Program-made: the position numbers and the translations under genes
Shown here: positions 1 through 8,703 of the stretch, one piece after another
Layout of the letters: each line of letters begins with the position of its first letter
Numbering within the stretch: the first letter of the stretch is position 1
The notes under the pieces: generated by a model
Databases searched by the model: none
What the model saw: the letters and a program-made list of their open reading frames with translations, nothing else
Told to the model about the DNA's origin: nothing
NCBI GenBank assembly: GCA_039810425.1
Contig: JBDHWW010000021.1
Location: forward strand, 1 to 60,064
DNA: 60,064 bases
Direction: 5' to 3'
Source: Pseudobdellovibrionaceae bacterium
Lineage (GTDB): Bacteria; Bdellovibrionota; Bdellovibrionia; Bdellovibrionales; Bdellovibrionaceae

Positions 1-252
1 ATTCATTTGTTGGTGAAACTTCCCTCGCGGGACGCTTATTTGGCTTTTATCAGAACCCTGACTTCTTTACTGGTGAGCCTACTATCAAAGCTTAAAGGGA
101 GGTCCCTCAAGGGCCTTTTTGATCTTCGCCCTTTTACTAAGATTTTGTCTTGGGGGAAGCAGTTTCGGGCCGTGGCCGCCTATCATGAACTCAATGATTT
201 AGAGGGGCGTGGGCTGCTGGTGAGAAAGAAGAAAACGAAACGCCCGGGATAA
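1..252 (+). mobile_element. 3' part of a Y1 (IS200-like / REP-associated, RAYT-like) HUH tyrosine transposase, truncated by the window edge
   Basis: Frame 1 is open from base 1 and reads IHLLVK (tail of the HUH motif) ...FIRTL... RPFTKILSWGKQF..V.AYHELN (catalytic Y-x3-N). This pattern is typical of Y1_Tnp proteins. Confidence 0.7.
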
Positions 253-342
253 TAGTGGCTGCGAGGCCCTCCCCGGTGCGGGCGCCTTTTAAAACGGAGA
301 GCCTTGTCAGTGGATTAGGACACCTTGGTCTGGTCTAAGGTT

Positions 343-1068
343 TTACTTTTTGCGTTTCTTCAAGAAGATATAAACGCCTGCCGCTGCCAGGATCACTGCA
401 ATCACCAAGAGCATCATCTTATTGCCGCCCCTACCGCCGTTGCCGCCCATATCGCCCGGGTTCGCCATATCTGCCGGCATTGAGTTCTGAAAGATGCCAG
501 GACCGAGTGAACCGCCGCTACCTGGACGGATTTCAGAGGCGTTGTTGAGATTCTTAGTCTCGATCACATTTAAACTCATCACCGCTTTGAAGAAGTCATT
601 GCTGTATTTTGTATAGAACTGTTTGTGCGCACTGAATGTCACGAGAACGGCGATGTGCCCTTTGGTGGTTGCCAAGTAACGAGTGAAGTAGTTGGGTACT
701 TCACTCCCCAAATGAAGGCCGTCAATCCATGCCTGATCTTTAATCGGGACGGTTTTTGCTTTGTATACGATTTTAGATTCCGCAGTGCCGCCTGTTTTCA
801 AGTTCATTGTAATGGGACTGTTCAAGTGTGCTTCATATTGTGGTAAAGAATCTGTCGGCCCAACTTCTTTTGCGGTGAGAATGATAATGGCTTCCTTGGA
901 CTCCTTAGAGCTTTGGCTGCGGCAAACCCATTCCGTTTGTTCCAGGCTGCAGTTCCAAGAAGGCGGAAGTTCGAAGGAGATATAGGTATTACGAAAAGGT
1001 TTGGCCTGAGCCCCACTTGTGAGTAAGATAGGCAACAAAGCAATCAGAGAATATTTGAGAAACTTCAT
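343..1068 (-). CDS. Exported hypothetical protein with signal peptide, Gly-rich linker and C-terminal TM anchor with basic tail
   Basis: Signal ends ...SGAQA. C-terminus is GGNGGRGGN + hydrophobic helix + KKRKK. GAGG SD upstream. Confidence 0.8.
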   Translation of the reverse strand: MKFLKYSLIALLPILLTSGAQAKPFRNTYISFELPPSWNCSLEQTEWVCRSQSSKESKEAIIILTAKEVGPTDSLPQYEAHLNSPITMNLKTGGTAESKIVYKAKTVPIKDQAWIDGLHLGSEVPNYFTRYLATTKGHIAVLVTFSAHKQFYTKYSNDFFKAVMSLNVIETKNLNNASEIRPGSGGSLGPGIFQNSMPADMANPGDMGGNGGRGGNKMMLLVIAVILAAAGVYIFLKKRKK

Positions 1069-1138
1069 GTTTAGACCTCATTCGTGGTTTAGGTATAAGT
1101 ATAAGGAATAATAGGGCTCTGATCAAAGGAGAAAACTC

Positions 1139-2044
1139 ATGATGAACCTTTATCAGCTGACGACTTTTGTGACAGTCATTAGCGAAGGCAGTATGACCGC
1201 AGCAGCTGATAAACTCTATTTGACCCAGCCGGCGGTCAGCCAGCAGATTCGAAACCTGGAGGAAGATCTAGGTGTTGACCTGCTGGTTAGAGGCGTTCGT
1301 CAAATTAAGGCCACTCCACAAGGTGAAGTGCTCTTCGAGCACGCCCGTAAAATTCTCCAATTGGCACAGCAAACAGAAATCGCCATCAAATCCATCGGTG
1401 CGGAGCTCAAAGGACAGATCCGTATTGGAACTTTAAATTCAATTGGTCTTCATATCATGAGCCCGCTGATGGGGCGACTGATGCGCCATAATCCAGATCT
1501 ACAAATTAAAGTGGAATACAAATCCGGTGAAGAGCTTGTAAAGGGTTTTAAAAAAGGTGGCTTCGACGTTTTGATTTTGCCTCAGCTTCAAGAAGAGTTT
1601 GGTTTGGAGCTGGAGGGCGTTGAAGAAAAGTTTTTGCTGAAAGAGGAAATGTGGCTTGTTGTCTCGGGCAAAGAGACGGACATTCCAGCGCAGATCGCGG
1701 CAAAAGAACTCAGCCACTTCCCACTTGTGAATTTCGTCGATGAGTTCCCAGGATTTAATGGCAAACTACAAAGTCTGATGGGCAAAGCGGGGATAAATCC
1801 AAAACCGATTTTTGAGTCTTCAAATGTTGGTACTTTAAAGCGGGTGATTGAATCTGGCCTGGGCTGGGGTTTTTTGCCAGCGCACTCGATTCGTAAGCAA
1901 GTGCGTTCCGGCCGCTTGAATCACGTTCACGTCAAAGAGTTTCATTACGAAATTGATATGACTTATTATTTCCGTAAAACTTCGGAAGCGCGCCAGCTTG
2001 CTGAGATCTTGTATCAAACAATCGCGACTCAAGAGAAAGCTTAG
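1139..2044 (+). CDS. LysR-family transcriptional regulator
   Basis: N-terminal wHTH (SMTAAADKLYLTQPAVSQQIRNLEEDLG), 301 aa, substrate-binding domain ending GLGWGFLP. AAGGAG SD. Confidence 0.95.
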   Translation: MMNLYQLTTFVTVISEGSMTAAADKLYLTQPAVSQQIRNLEEDLGVDLLVRGVRQIKATPQGEVLFEHARKILQLAQQTEIAIKSIGAELKGQIRIGTLNSIGLHIMSPLMGRLMRHNPDLQIKVEYKSGEELVKGFKKGGFDVLILPQLQEEFGLELEGVEEKFLLKEEMWLVVSGKETDIPAQIAAKELSHFPLVNFVDEFPGFNGKLQSLMGKAGINPKPIFESSNVGTLKRVIESGLGWGFLPAHSIRKQVRSGRLNHVHVKEFHYEIDMTYYFRKTSEARQLAEILYQTIATQEKA

Positions 2045-2051
2045 CCTGAGG

Positions 2052-3005
2052 TTAGAACTTCGCATACCAGTCCATACCAACATAGACATGGGTATTAGGG
2101 GCTTCAATGACGAGCTTGCCATTTGAAAACCAGACAGCCGCACTGACGGAGCCTATCGTTTTTTGAGTCCAATCAGGCACCCCCGTTCGAGCCCCACCAA
2201 TACAAACCATATCCGAGCCATGAACCGCGAAGCTTTGACAAAGCTCGTGATTGGCCCCGAATCCATAAGATCCCGGGGGAGCTTGGATACGGAAAATAGC
2301 ACCTTGAGAAGAAAAACCTTCCATCTCACTCAAAGAGCCTCTGGTGATCGCACCAGTTGATGTATTTTGAAAAACCAAATGCCATCTTCCATCTTTTAAA
2401 CACGCGTCTTTGCTTGGCCAGCCTTTCGCCGCGAAGTCCGTGCAGGTGTCAGACCAGGCGCCTTGAGTCGTGCCATGGACGACCTCGGAAGCACGACTGC
2501 AGGCCGTGATCTTGCCACCGGGATCCGTTGCGATTTGCAGCGGGATGCTGCGGTTAAAATTAAGATTATATCCCGTGTTGCCTTTAAGTGCGATTCTGAC
2601 GGACCCTAAATAGCGACCGGCCCCTAGGGTGTTGTCGATATTTAAAGTGATCGAGGTCACTTCAAGAACATTTTGATACTTCATCCCTGGACTAATAATA
2701 TTGGTGCTTCCAAGGGTGCCGCCCGGATTGATATCTTTAAAAACCACACTTGGTTTGATGACGGCGGGAAGAGCCGTGCCCACGAGAGTTCCTGCAAAAT
2801 GGACTCGGCAATAATCCGGATCCCCCATCAGTCCGGACACTAGGCCGGTGACATCTTCAGCCAGGGCGATGTTTCTCATGTGAGACACACCATCCACTCC
2901 GCTGGTCACAGCAGTGGCAATTCCCAGTGCGATTATGGAGGCCAATCCGGCCGCCATTAAAACGCCCATTAATGAAAACCCTTTGCGGTTACTTAGATTG
3001 TTTAT
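2052..3005 (-). CDS. Prepilin/pseudopilin-like protein (type IV pilin N-terminal cleavage motif); start probably ATA at 3005
   Basis: The frame extends upstream of ATG 2969 as INNLSNRKG|FSLMGVLMAAGLASIIALG. GGAGG SD precedes ATA 3005. In-frame stop at 3030-3032. Confidence 0.75.
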   Translation of the reverse strand: MNNLSNRKGFSLMGVLMAAGLASIIALGIATAVTSGVDGVSHMRNIALAEDVTGLVSGLMGDPDYCRVHFAGTLVGTALPAVIKPSVVFKDINPGGTLGSTNIISPGMKYQNVLEVTSITLNIDNTLGAGRYLGSVRIALKGNTGYNLNFNRSIPLQIATDPGGKITACSRASEVVHGTTQGAWSDTCTDFAAKGWPSKDACLKDGRWHLVFQNTSTGAITRGSLSEMEGFSSQGAIFRIQAPPGSYGFGANHELCQSFAVHGSDMVCIGGARTGVPDWTQKTIGSVSAAVWFSNGKLVIEAPNTHVYVGMDWYAKF

Positions 3006-3031
3006 GGTCCCCTCCCGAGTTGCGTTTTTCT

Positions 3032-3058
3032 ATATCGGCTCTTAGACGAAATTCCTGA
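3032..3058 (-). promoter_or_regulatory. sigma28/FliA-type promoter of the pilin-like gene
   Basis: TCAG-N15-GCCGATAT on the minus strand; consensus is TAAA-N15-GCCGATAA. Confidence 0.6.
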
Positions 3059-3181
3059 AGTGTTTATTGAGTATTGTCGAGGGTGTATCAAAATGAGACT
3101 TCATTTTTCCGAGAGCGGTATCCGGTGAGAGTCTGAAGATCTTCAAGAGTTCAGAGAAGTGTCGCCGCCGAAATTTGAAAT

Positions 3182-4021
3182 CTAGAACAAAACCGAATCT
3201 GGCAGGCCTAAGCGGGCTGAGATAATACGAACGATCTCGCCGGCGGTTTCTTCAAGCGCGCGTTCCGTCACGTTAAAAACCGGCCAACGTTTGTTCATCT
3301 TAAAAATCTGATGCGCGTACTCGATCTCTTTCACGATGTGTGAAACCGAAGCGTACTCACCCCCGGGATCCTGGCCGAATTTTTCAAGGCGGTTTTTGCG
3401 GATGCGGTGAAGGCTGTCGATATCAATAATCAAACCGACCACGCGGCGTTGGTCCACTTTAAACAACTCTTCCGGCAGCGGCGTATTTAAAACCAACGGG
3501 ACGTTCGCGACCTTCCAGCCTTTGTGACTCAGAAAAATCGAAAGAGGTGTTTTGCTCGTGCGGCTAATGCCGACAAGAATGATGTCGGCTTTGTTCAAGT
3601 GAGTCAGCGTTTTTCCGTCGTCGTGTTTCACGGTGTACTCAATCGCCTCAATACGCTTGAAGTAAGTTTCATCGACAGTCCGAAGCACATTCACGGTACT
3701 GGTGTTCGCGGCGCCAAAGAAACTATCAAGAGTATTCAACAAAGGCCCGAGCAAATCGAAAGAAGGAAGACCCTTTGCGGAGGCAAGCTCATGAATCTTT
3801 TTACGCATATTAGGGCTGGCCACCGTATAGGCGATAAAGCCACGGCGTTCGAAGCATTCGTCGATGATCGACTCAATCTGTGCTTCAGTGCGGACATTTT
3901 TACAGCGGACGATATTAATATCTTTGTTGGCGTACTGTACAAGTGCTGCACGAATCATCGTGGCGGCGGTTTCTCCGGTACCATCCGATAAAATATAAAT
4001 GGTCCACGTAGTCATATTCAT
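3182..4021 (-). CDS. PPDK/PEP-synthase regulatory kinase/pyrophosphorylase (DUF299, PpsR family)
   Basis: Motifs SDGTGETA, RIEAIEYTVKHDDG, GISRTSKTPLS, KVANVPL, EETA. Start may be 4015. Confidence 0.92.
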   Translation of the reverse strand: MNMTTWTIYILSDGTGETAATMIRAALVQYANKDINIVRCKNVRTEAQIESIIDECFERRGFIAYTVASPNMRKKIHELASAKGLPSFDLLGPLLNTLDSFFGAANTSTVNVLRTVDETYFKRIEAIEYTVKHDDGKTLTHLNKADIILVGISRTSKTPLSIFLSHKGWKVANVPLVLNTPLPEELFKVDQRRVVGLIIDIDSLHRIRKNRLEKFGQDPGGEYASVSHIVKEIEYAHQIFKMNKRWPVFNVTERALEETAGEIVRIISARLGLPDSVLF

Positions 4022-4554
4022 TCGTTATTAATTCCACGTTGAATAGCTTCCGTGACCGCGCGGATATGGTCTTTCAACCACAGATCCGGCAAAGAAGAGA
4101 ACAATAAAAACGCAAAGTCCGTTCCTGGGCGGATGAACAAGCACGCCGTGCGGTTTTCTGAATCCAAATTCTTTAAGTCCATTTTCTGCAATAAAGGTTT
4201 CGCGTCGGTACGCAAAACGCTCATGAGATCGGACTTCGGCAAAGAGATCTTTTTTTTCTGCGGGGGTTTCAACACGCCCACCTGGCCGCGATGGAACTGC
4301 GCTTGAGGTTCCCAATATCCTTTGTCGGCTTCCAAAAACACGCCGGCATCAAAGTATAGTGCTAAACGTGAAAACAGGATCACGGCTTTGTCGGTGTTAT
4401 CATTAGGCAGGCTTTCCGCAAGACCACGGAGGAGGCGACGATCCGTGAGCACTTCAAAATTTTTCTTCGCAAGAAGAACCTCTTCACTCGGAGTTTCCAG
4501 ATCGTGATCAAGAATGGATTCAATGCGCTTCTGCAGGTGGGTGATGATATTCAT
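4018..4554 (-). CDS. Hypothetical protein, coupled to the DUF299 gene
   Basis: 178-aa ORF in an operon-like run; GAGG SD; overlaps the next start. Confidence 0.7.
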   Translation of the reverse strand: MNIITHLQKRIESILDHDLETPSEEVLLAKKNFEVLTDRRLLRGLAESLPNDNTDKAVILFSRLALYFDAGVFLEADKGYWEPQAQFHRGQVGVLKPPQKKKISLPKSDLMSVLRTDAKPLLQKMDLKNLDSENRTACLFIRPGTDFAFLLFSSLPDLWLKDHIRAVTEAIQRGINNE

Positions 4555-4581
4555 GCTATTATTTCCTCAAGTTTGAGGGAA

Positions 4582-5028
4582 TTAATCAAGCACGACAGTG
4601 AAATCTTCGAAGTTATGGAGCTTCTGCCACTCTTTGTTGAAGGACCCGGCATTTTGTCCAGTGGGTAGGAAAATGCGCAAAGACGGTTGCTGGAGATTTT
4701 CCCAGATGCCCAAAACTTCACGCACCCAAATGCCGAAGTTCGCGGTCATAGGCACGACCACCACCCACTTGTTCGGAAAGAAGGCCTCGGAGGTAATCAT
4801 CAAGGGCGCATCTTTCGGCAAACTGATCTCGTAGGTCTCAAGACCCGATTCTTTCTGGATTAATTTCGTGAAGTTGCGGATTTCAGGGCTGAGATGTCGT
4901 TGGCTTTTGACGATTTGAAAATTCAAATACCAGTCGAGCTTCTGAGACCAATGACAGCTGGCAGAGTCTGGAACAATCCAGAGATCCGAACCGGGGTTAA
5001 AGGCACTCGCCGCAGACAAAATATTCAT
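4582..5028 (-). CDS. Hypothetical protein downstream of nusB
   Basis: 148-aa ORF with a TGATG stop/start overlap with nusB. Confidence 0.7.
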   Translation of the reverse strand: MNILSAASAFNPGSDLWIVPDSASCHWSQKLDWYLNFQIVKSQRHLSPEIRNFTKLIQKESGLETYEISLPKDAPLMITSEAFFPNKWVVVVPMTANFGIWVREVLGIWENLQQPSLRIFLPTGQNAGSFNKEWQKLHNFEDFTVVLD

Positions 5029-5423
5029 CAGTGGGCCTTAGCAACCTGATCCAGAAGGCCGTTCACAAAGCTTGCTGATTCCGTCGTTCCGAATTTCTTC
5101 GCGATCTCGACGGCTTCGTTGATGACGATGTTTTCTTTCAGTGGATTCGGCGCAAATATCATTTCATAGACGGCAATTCGCAAAATATTGCGGTCGATGG
5201 TGGCCATACGATCGAGTTTCCAGTGGGCGCTCGCCGATTGAATCTTAGAATCAATGGCCGGTTTTTGTGCCTGGACACCGCGGATGATATCCGTGGCAAA
5301 AGTCACTACTTCCGGTTCAACAGCGGCCCCCAGGACCTCCATCAAATCAGAATTAGAAATTTGCGGCGCAAACTCAGTTTGAAAGAGGACTTGTAGTGCG
5401 AGTTCCCGGGATTGTCTTCTCAT
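5028..5423 (-). CDS. nusB: Transcription antitermination factor NusB
   Basis: RRQSRELALQVLF, WKLDRMATIDRNILR, INEAVEIAKKFG, FVNGLLD. Confidence 0.96.
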   Translation of the reverse strand: MRRQSRELALQVLFQTEFAPQISNSDLMEVLGAAVEPEVVTFATDIIRGVQAQKPAIDSKIQSASAHWKLDRMATIDRNILRIAVYEMIFAPNPLKENIVINEAVEIAKKFGTTESASFVNGLLDQVAKAH

Positions 5424-5940
5424 CTTCTTCAGGCTTTCCAGAATAGTTCACAGAGGTTAATGGCAATTGCGGATTGTTCGGATCCGCAAGATCAATCAGT
5501 TCCAGATCCTCGAGAGTTTCTACAAACTCCTGAACATCTTTGAAAGTACGATAGACGCTTGCGAAACGAATGTAGGCCACATCGTCAAGTTGTTTCAGCT
5601 CCGCCATCACACGCAGACCTAACAGGCGCGCAGGGACTTCGTTGTCACCCCGGCTGATGATCCATGAAGAGATGCGTTCAACAACATTTTCAATTTGTGC
5701 AAGGCTCACCGGGCGTTTTTGACAAGCAGCTTGTAGCCCTTTCAAGATTTTTTCTTTGCTGAAAGGCTCACGACGTCCGTCCTTTTTGATCACGAAAGGG
5801 AAACTCAACATCAATGTTTCCATCGTTGAGAATCGAGCTTTGCACTCAAGGCATTCACGACGGCGTCTGATGGAGCCGTCTTTCTGCACTCTCGTGTCTA
5901 AAACTCTGTCTTCACTGTGATTGCAATAAGGACATTTCAT
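5374..5940 (-). CDS. nrdR: Transcriptional repressor NrdR
   Basis: MKCPYC zinc ribbon, RRRRECLEC, ATP cone VIKKDGRREPF, DDVAYIRFASVYR. Confidence 0.97.
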   Translation of the reverse strand: MKCPYCNHSEDRVLDTRVQKDGSIRRRRECLECKARFSTMETLMLSFPFVIKKDGRREPFSKEKILKGLQAACQKRPVSLAQIENVVERISSWIISRGDNEVPARLLGLRVMAELKQLDDVAYIRFASVYRTFKDVQEFVETLEDLELIDLADPNNPQLPLTSVNYSGKPEEDEKTIPGTRTTSPLSN

Positions 5941-6082
5941 GGTCTAAAGTCTCGTTTCTTACTACTTTCTAGACTACGAAAGCCGTGAAAGGCCCGTCAA
6001 CGCTGAGATCGAAGAAAACCCATAGTATGACCACGCGAGTCATTGGCTTACATGGCGCCGGGACTTTGCATATCATAAAAGT

Positions 6083-6748
6083 ATGAAACAACTTCTGTCT
6101 TTTCTGATTGTTTTCCTAGGGTTCCAGTCTTTTTCACGCGCCGATGAAGCGCCCCGTGTAGGCCGTGGTGCGGCAGCCAAGTATTTTGAAAACCGCAGCC
6201 CCGATACGACTGAAGAAGAGGTCAACAGCGCACCGGAGGCGAAAAGGACCTCGGGCAGCGACGGGGCCCATTACTTAGCCATTCACTATGGCAAAATGAT
6301 GAGTTCCACTTCCTACGAGTGGGGCACGCCAAGTAAACAGACGGATGTCGGAGACTTTACTGCAGGCCTCACTTACCGCATCGGCGAGTGGCACAACTCT
6401 ATGGACCTCGATCTGCGTATCGATTTCATTCAATACAAAGTCGACGGCGAAGGGGAGCAGAAGCCTTTGAAAATGTCGATCTTGCCGCTCATCACGTTCC
6501 CGGATGCGGCTTCAAAGTTTCCTCTCTATTTTGGTTTTGGTCTCGGCCCGGGCGTATTCTTCCGCCAGACCAGTCATGAGGCCTCTTTGTCGTTGGACTA
6601 CCAGTTGATCGCGGGCGCGAGATTTTTCGATGTCTTTGAGAATGCTGGATTCTTTATTGAGTCTGGTCTAAAAAACCACCTGCAGCTATGGGACCAGGGC
6701 CAATTTAATGGCACCTTCCTTTCGGCAGGAGCGGTTTTCACATTCTAA
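6083..6748 (+). CDS. Putative outer-membrane beta-barrel protein
   Basis: Signal peptide, alternating beta-strand pattern, C-terminal AGAVFTF. Confidence 0.75.
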   Translation: MKQLLSFLIVFLGFQSFSRADEAPRVGRGAAAKYFENRSPDTTEEEVNSAPEAKRTSGSDGAHYLAIHYGKMMSSTSYEWGTPSKQTDVGDFTAGLTYRIGEWHNSMDLDLRIDFIQYKVDGEGEQKPLKMSILPLITFPDAASKFPLYFGFGLGPGVFFRQTSHEASLSLDYQLIAGARFFDVFENAGFFIESGLKNHLQLWDQGQFNGTFLSAGAVFTF

Positions 6749-7956
6749 AGTTACATCGCCATCTCATAGATAGTATCGTGCACGCCGTGGAAGAGATCTT
6801 CATGACGAGCGCCGACGCTGACAAAGTTGTTGAACGGCTTTTCAAAGCTCAAAAAAAATGGGGAGCTCGGGATCGCCGCTTCGTCGCCAAAAGTGTCTAC
6901 GAGATCGTTCGTTGGTGGCGGTATTACGGGGTGCTGGCTGGTTTTGACCCGACAGAAACAGAAGTCACTCGCGATCTGGTTTTACAAATCTGGGCCGCCT
7001 GGTGTTTTAAAACTTATCAGGAGTTGCCTGACTGGGCGGAGCTGAAATCCTTCGATCAAGCGGGTTTTGCAACACGCCTTCAGCAGGGGCATCCTGTCGC
7101 TGTCCGCGAATCCGTGCCGCAGTGGCTGTATGACTATGGCCGCGAGCAAATCGGTCCGACGTGGGATGAGATGCTGACGGCCTTGAATCAACCCGCGGAC
7201 GTTTTTTTGCGAGTGAATACTTTGCGCGCGACCCGGGAGGCGCTTGTTCAAAAGCTGCAGGCGGAAAACGTTCACATCGCCGAAGTCGACGGAGTTCCGA
7301 CCGCATTGCGTTTAACTGAAAGAAAAAATCTTGCGGCCACCCAAGCTTTCAAACAGGGGCTCTTCGAAGTTCAAGACGCGGCTTCGCAAATGGTAGCGCC
7401 TTTGCTGAGACCCGAGCCCAACACCATCGTTATTGATGCCTGCGCGGGGGGCGGAGGCAAAACATTGCACCTTGCGGCTCTGATGATGAATCAGGGCCGT
7501 ATCGTGGCGATGGATGTGAACGAAGCCAAGCTCACAAGGCTGCTCGAACGGGCCGATCGTAACGGCGTGAGAATCGTCAGAATCAAGTTAGTCTCACCGG
7601 AAACTGTTCAGAGACTCCATGGCAAGGCGGATCGCTTGCTTCTTGATGTTCCTTGCTCAGGCTTGGGAGTTCTTCGTCGTAATCCTGATACGAAATGGAA
7701 GCTGTCGCTAGAAGAAGTGCAGCGCTTGCAAAAGCTTCAGGCTAAAATTTTAGAGAATTACTCTAAGATGGTGAAGCCGGGAGGAATGATGGTCTATGCC
7801 ACTTGCAGCGTGATACCGGCCGAGAACGAGCTGCAGGTTCAAGCTTTTCTCGCGAAGCATGGTCAGGACTGGAAGTTGGCCGAGGAAATCCATCTCGCTC
7901 CACAAAAGCAGGGTTTCGATGGGTTCTACGGAGCACGTCTTGAGCGTAAGGCTTAA
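6742..7956 (+). CDS. RsmB/NOP (Fmu/Sun) family RNA m5C methyltransferase; start uncertain (ATT 6742 or GTG 6778)
   Basis: GARDRR, FEVQDAASQ, DACAGGGGKT, DVPCSGLG, YATCS, ENE, DGFY. The frame extends upstream of the GTG as KLHRHL. Confidence 0.9.
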   Translation: MLKLHRHLIDSIVHAVEEIFMTSADADKVVERLFKAQKKWGARDRRFVAKSVYEIVRWWRYYGVLAGFDPTETEVTRDLVLQIWAAWCFKTYQELPDWAELKSFDQAGFATRLQQGHPVAVRESVPQWLYDYGREQIGPTWDEMLTALNQPADVFLRVNTLRATREALVQKLQAENVHIAEVDGVPTALRLTERKNLAATQAFKQGLFEVQDAASQMVAPLLRPEPNTIVIDACAGGGGKTLHLAALMMNQGRIVAMDVNEAKLTRLLERADRNGVRIVRIKLVSPETVQRLHGKADRLLLDVPCSGLGVLRRNPDTKWKLSLEEVQRLQKLQAKILENYSKMVKPGGMMVYATCSVIPAENELQVQAFLAKHGQDWKLAEEIHLAPQKQGFDGFYGARLERKA

Positions 7957-8011
7957 GTTCTAGGCCCACGTCCTGTCTTAAATTCAGTCACAGCCTCCGA
8001 TAACAATCTAG

Positions 8012-8575
8012 ATGAAAAGGATTTTGTTTTTCTTATTCTGTAGCCTGTTTTCCGGATCGGCCTTGGCTGACATGCAATTTGACTTGGGCTTTGCTTACAG
8101 TGGCGACACCCTTCACAAGACAACGGACAACAGCAATGCGTCGACGTTCTATAACGCCGACGTCCTTTTTAACTTAGACAACCGGAAGACCTGGAACGTC
8201 GGGTGGGCGGTTTACGGGATTTCACAGACCTCCGTACAAGGTTCAACGACAATAGCTTACTCCTCGATGGATATGGGGCCCGCGGTCCGCTGGAACATAG
8301 ACCGCTCTGGGATGTTCAGCATGACTCTGGCCTACGGCTACCTCGCCCGAGGCACCTATGGCATCACCGGCGGCACGGATGAGAAGTGGGAGGGGACCAG
8401 TTACTTCGCCCAGTTGGCCGCGCAAATCCCACTAGGTGAAAAATTTTACATGGGTGCAAGTCTGAACTACTACGGGGCTAGCTACTCCCAAAAGACCGTC
8501 AGCAATGTGGAATCCAGCAATGACGCTACAAAGAGTTGGGTATTTCCTATGTTCAGTATGACTTGGAAACTTTAG
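8012..8575 (+). CDS. Small outer-membrane beta-barrel protein
   Basis: Signal SALA, amphipathic beta strands, C-terminal FSMTWKL. Confidence 0.75.
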   Translation: MKRILFFLFCSLFSGSALADMQFDLGFAYSGDTLHKTTDNSNASTFYNADVLFNLDNRKTWNVGWAVYGISQTSVQGSTTIAYSSMDMGPAVRWNIDRSGMFSMTLAYGYLARGTYGITGGTDEKWEGTSYFAQLAAQIPLGEKFYMGASLNYYGASYSQKTVSNVESSNDATKSWVFPMFSMTWKL

Positions 8576-8703
8576 CCCGTCCGGATTTTAGGCGCCTAGG
8601 CCTTTCTAATACAAGGCATCATAATTAAAAGCGAAAAAAAACTTTGTAATTAGTAAGGCCCCTGCTAGAACAGCGCCAACTAAACCAAACCTAGGGGGCG
8701 CTA

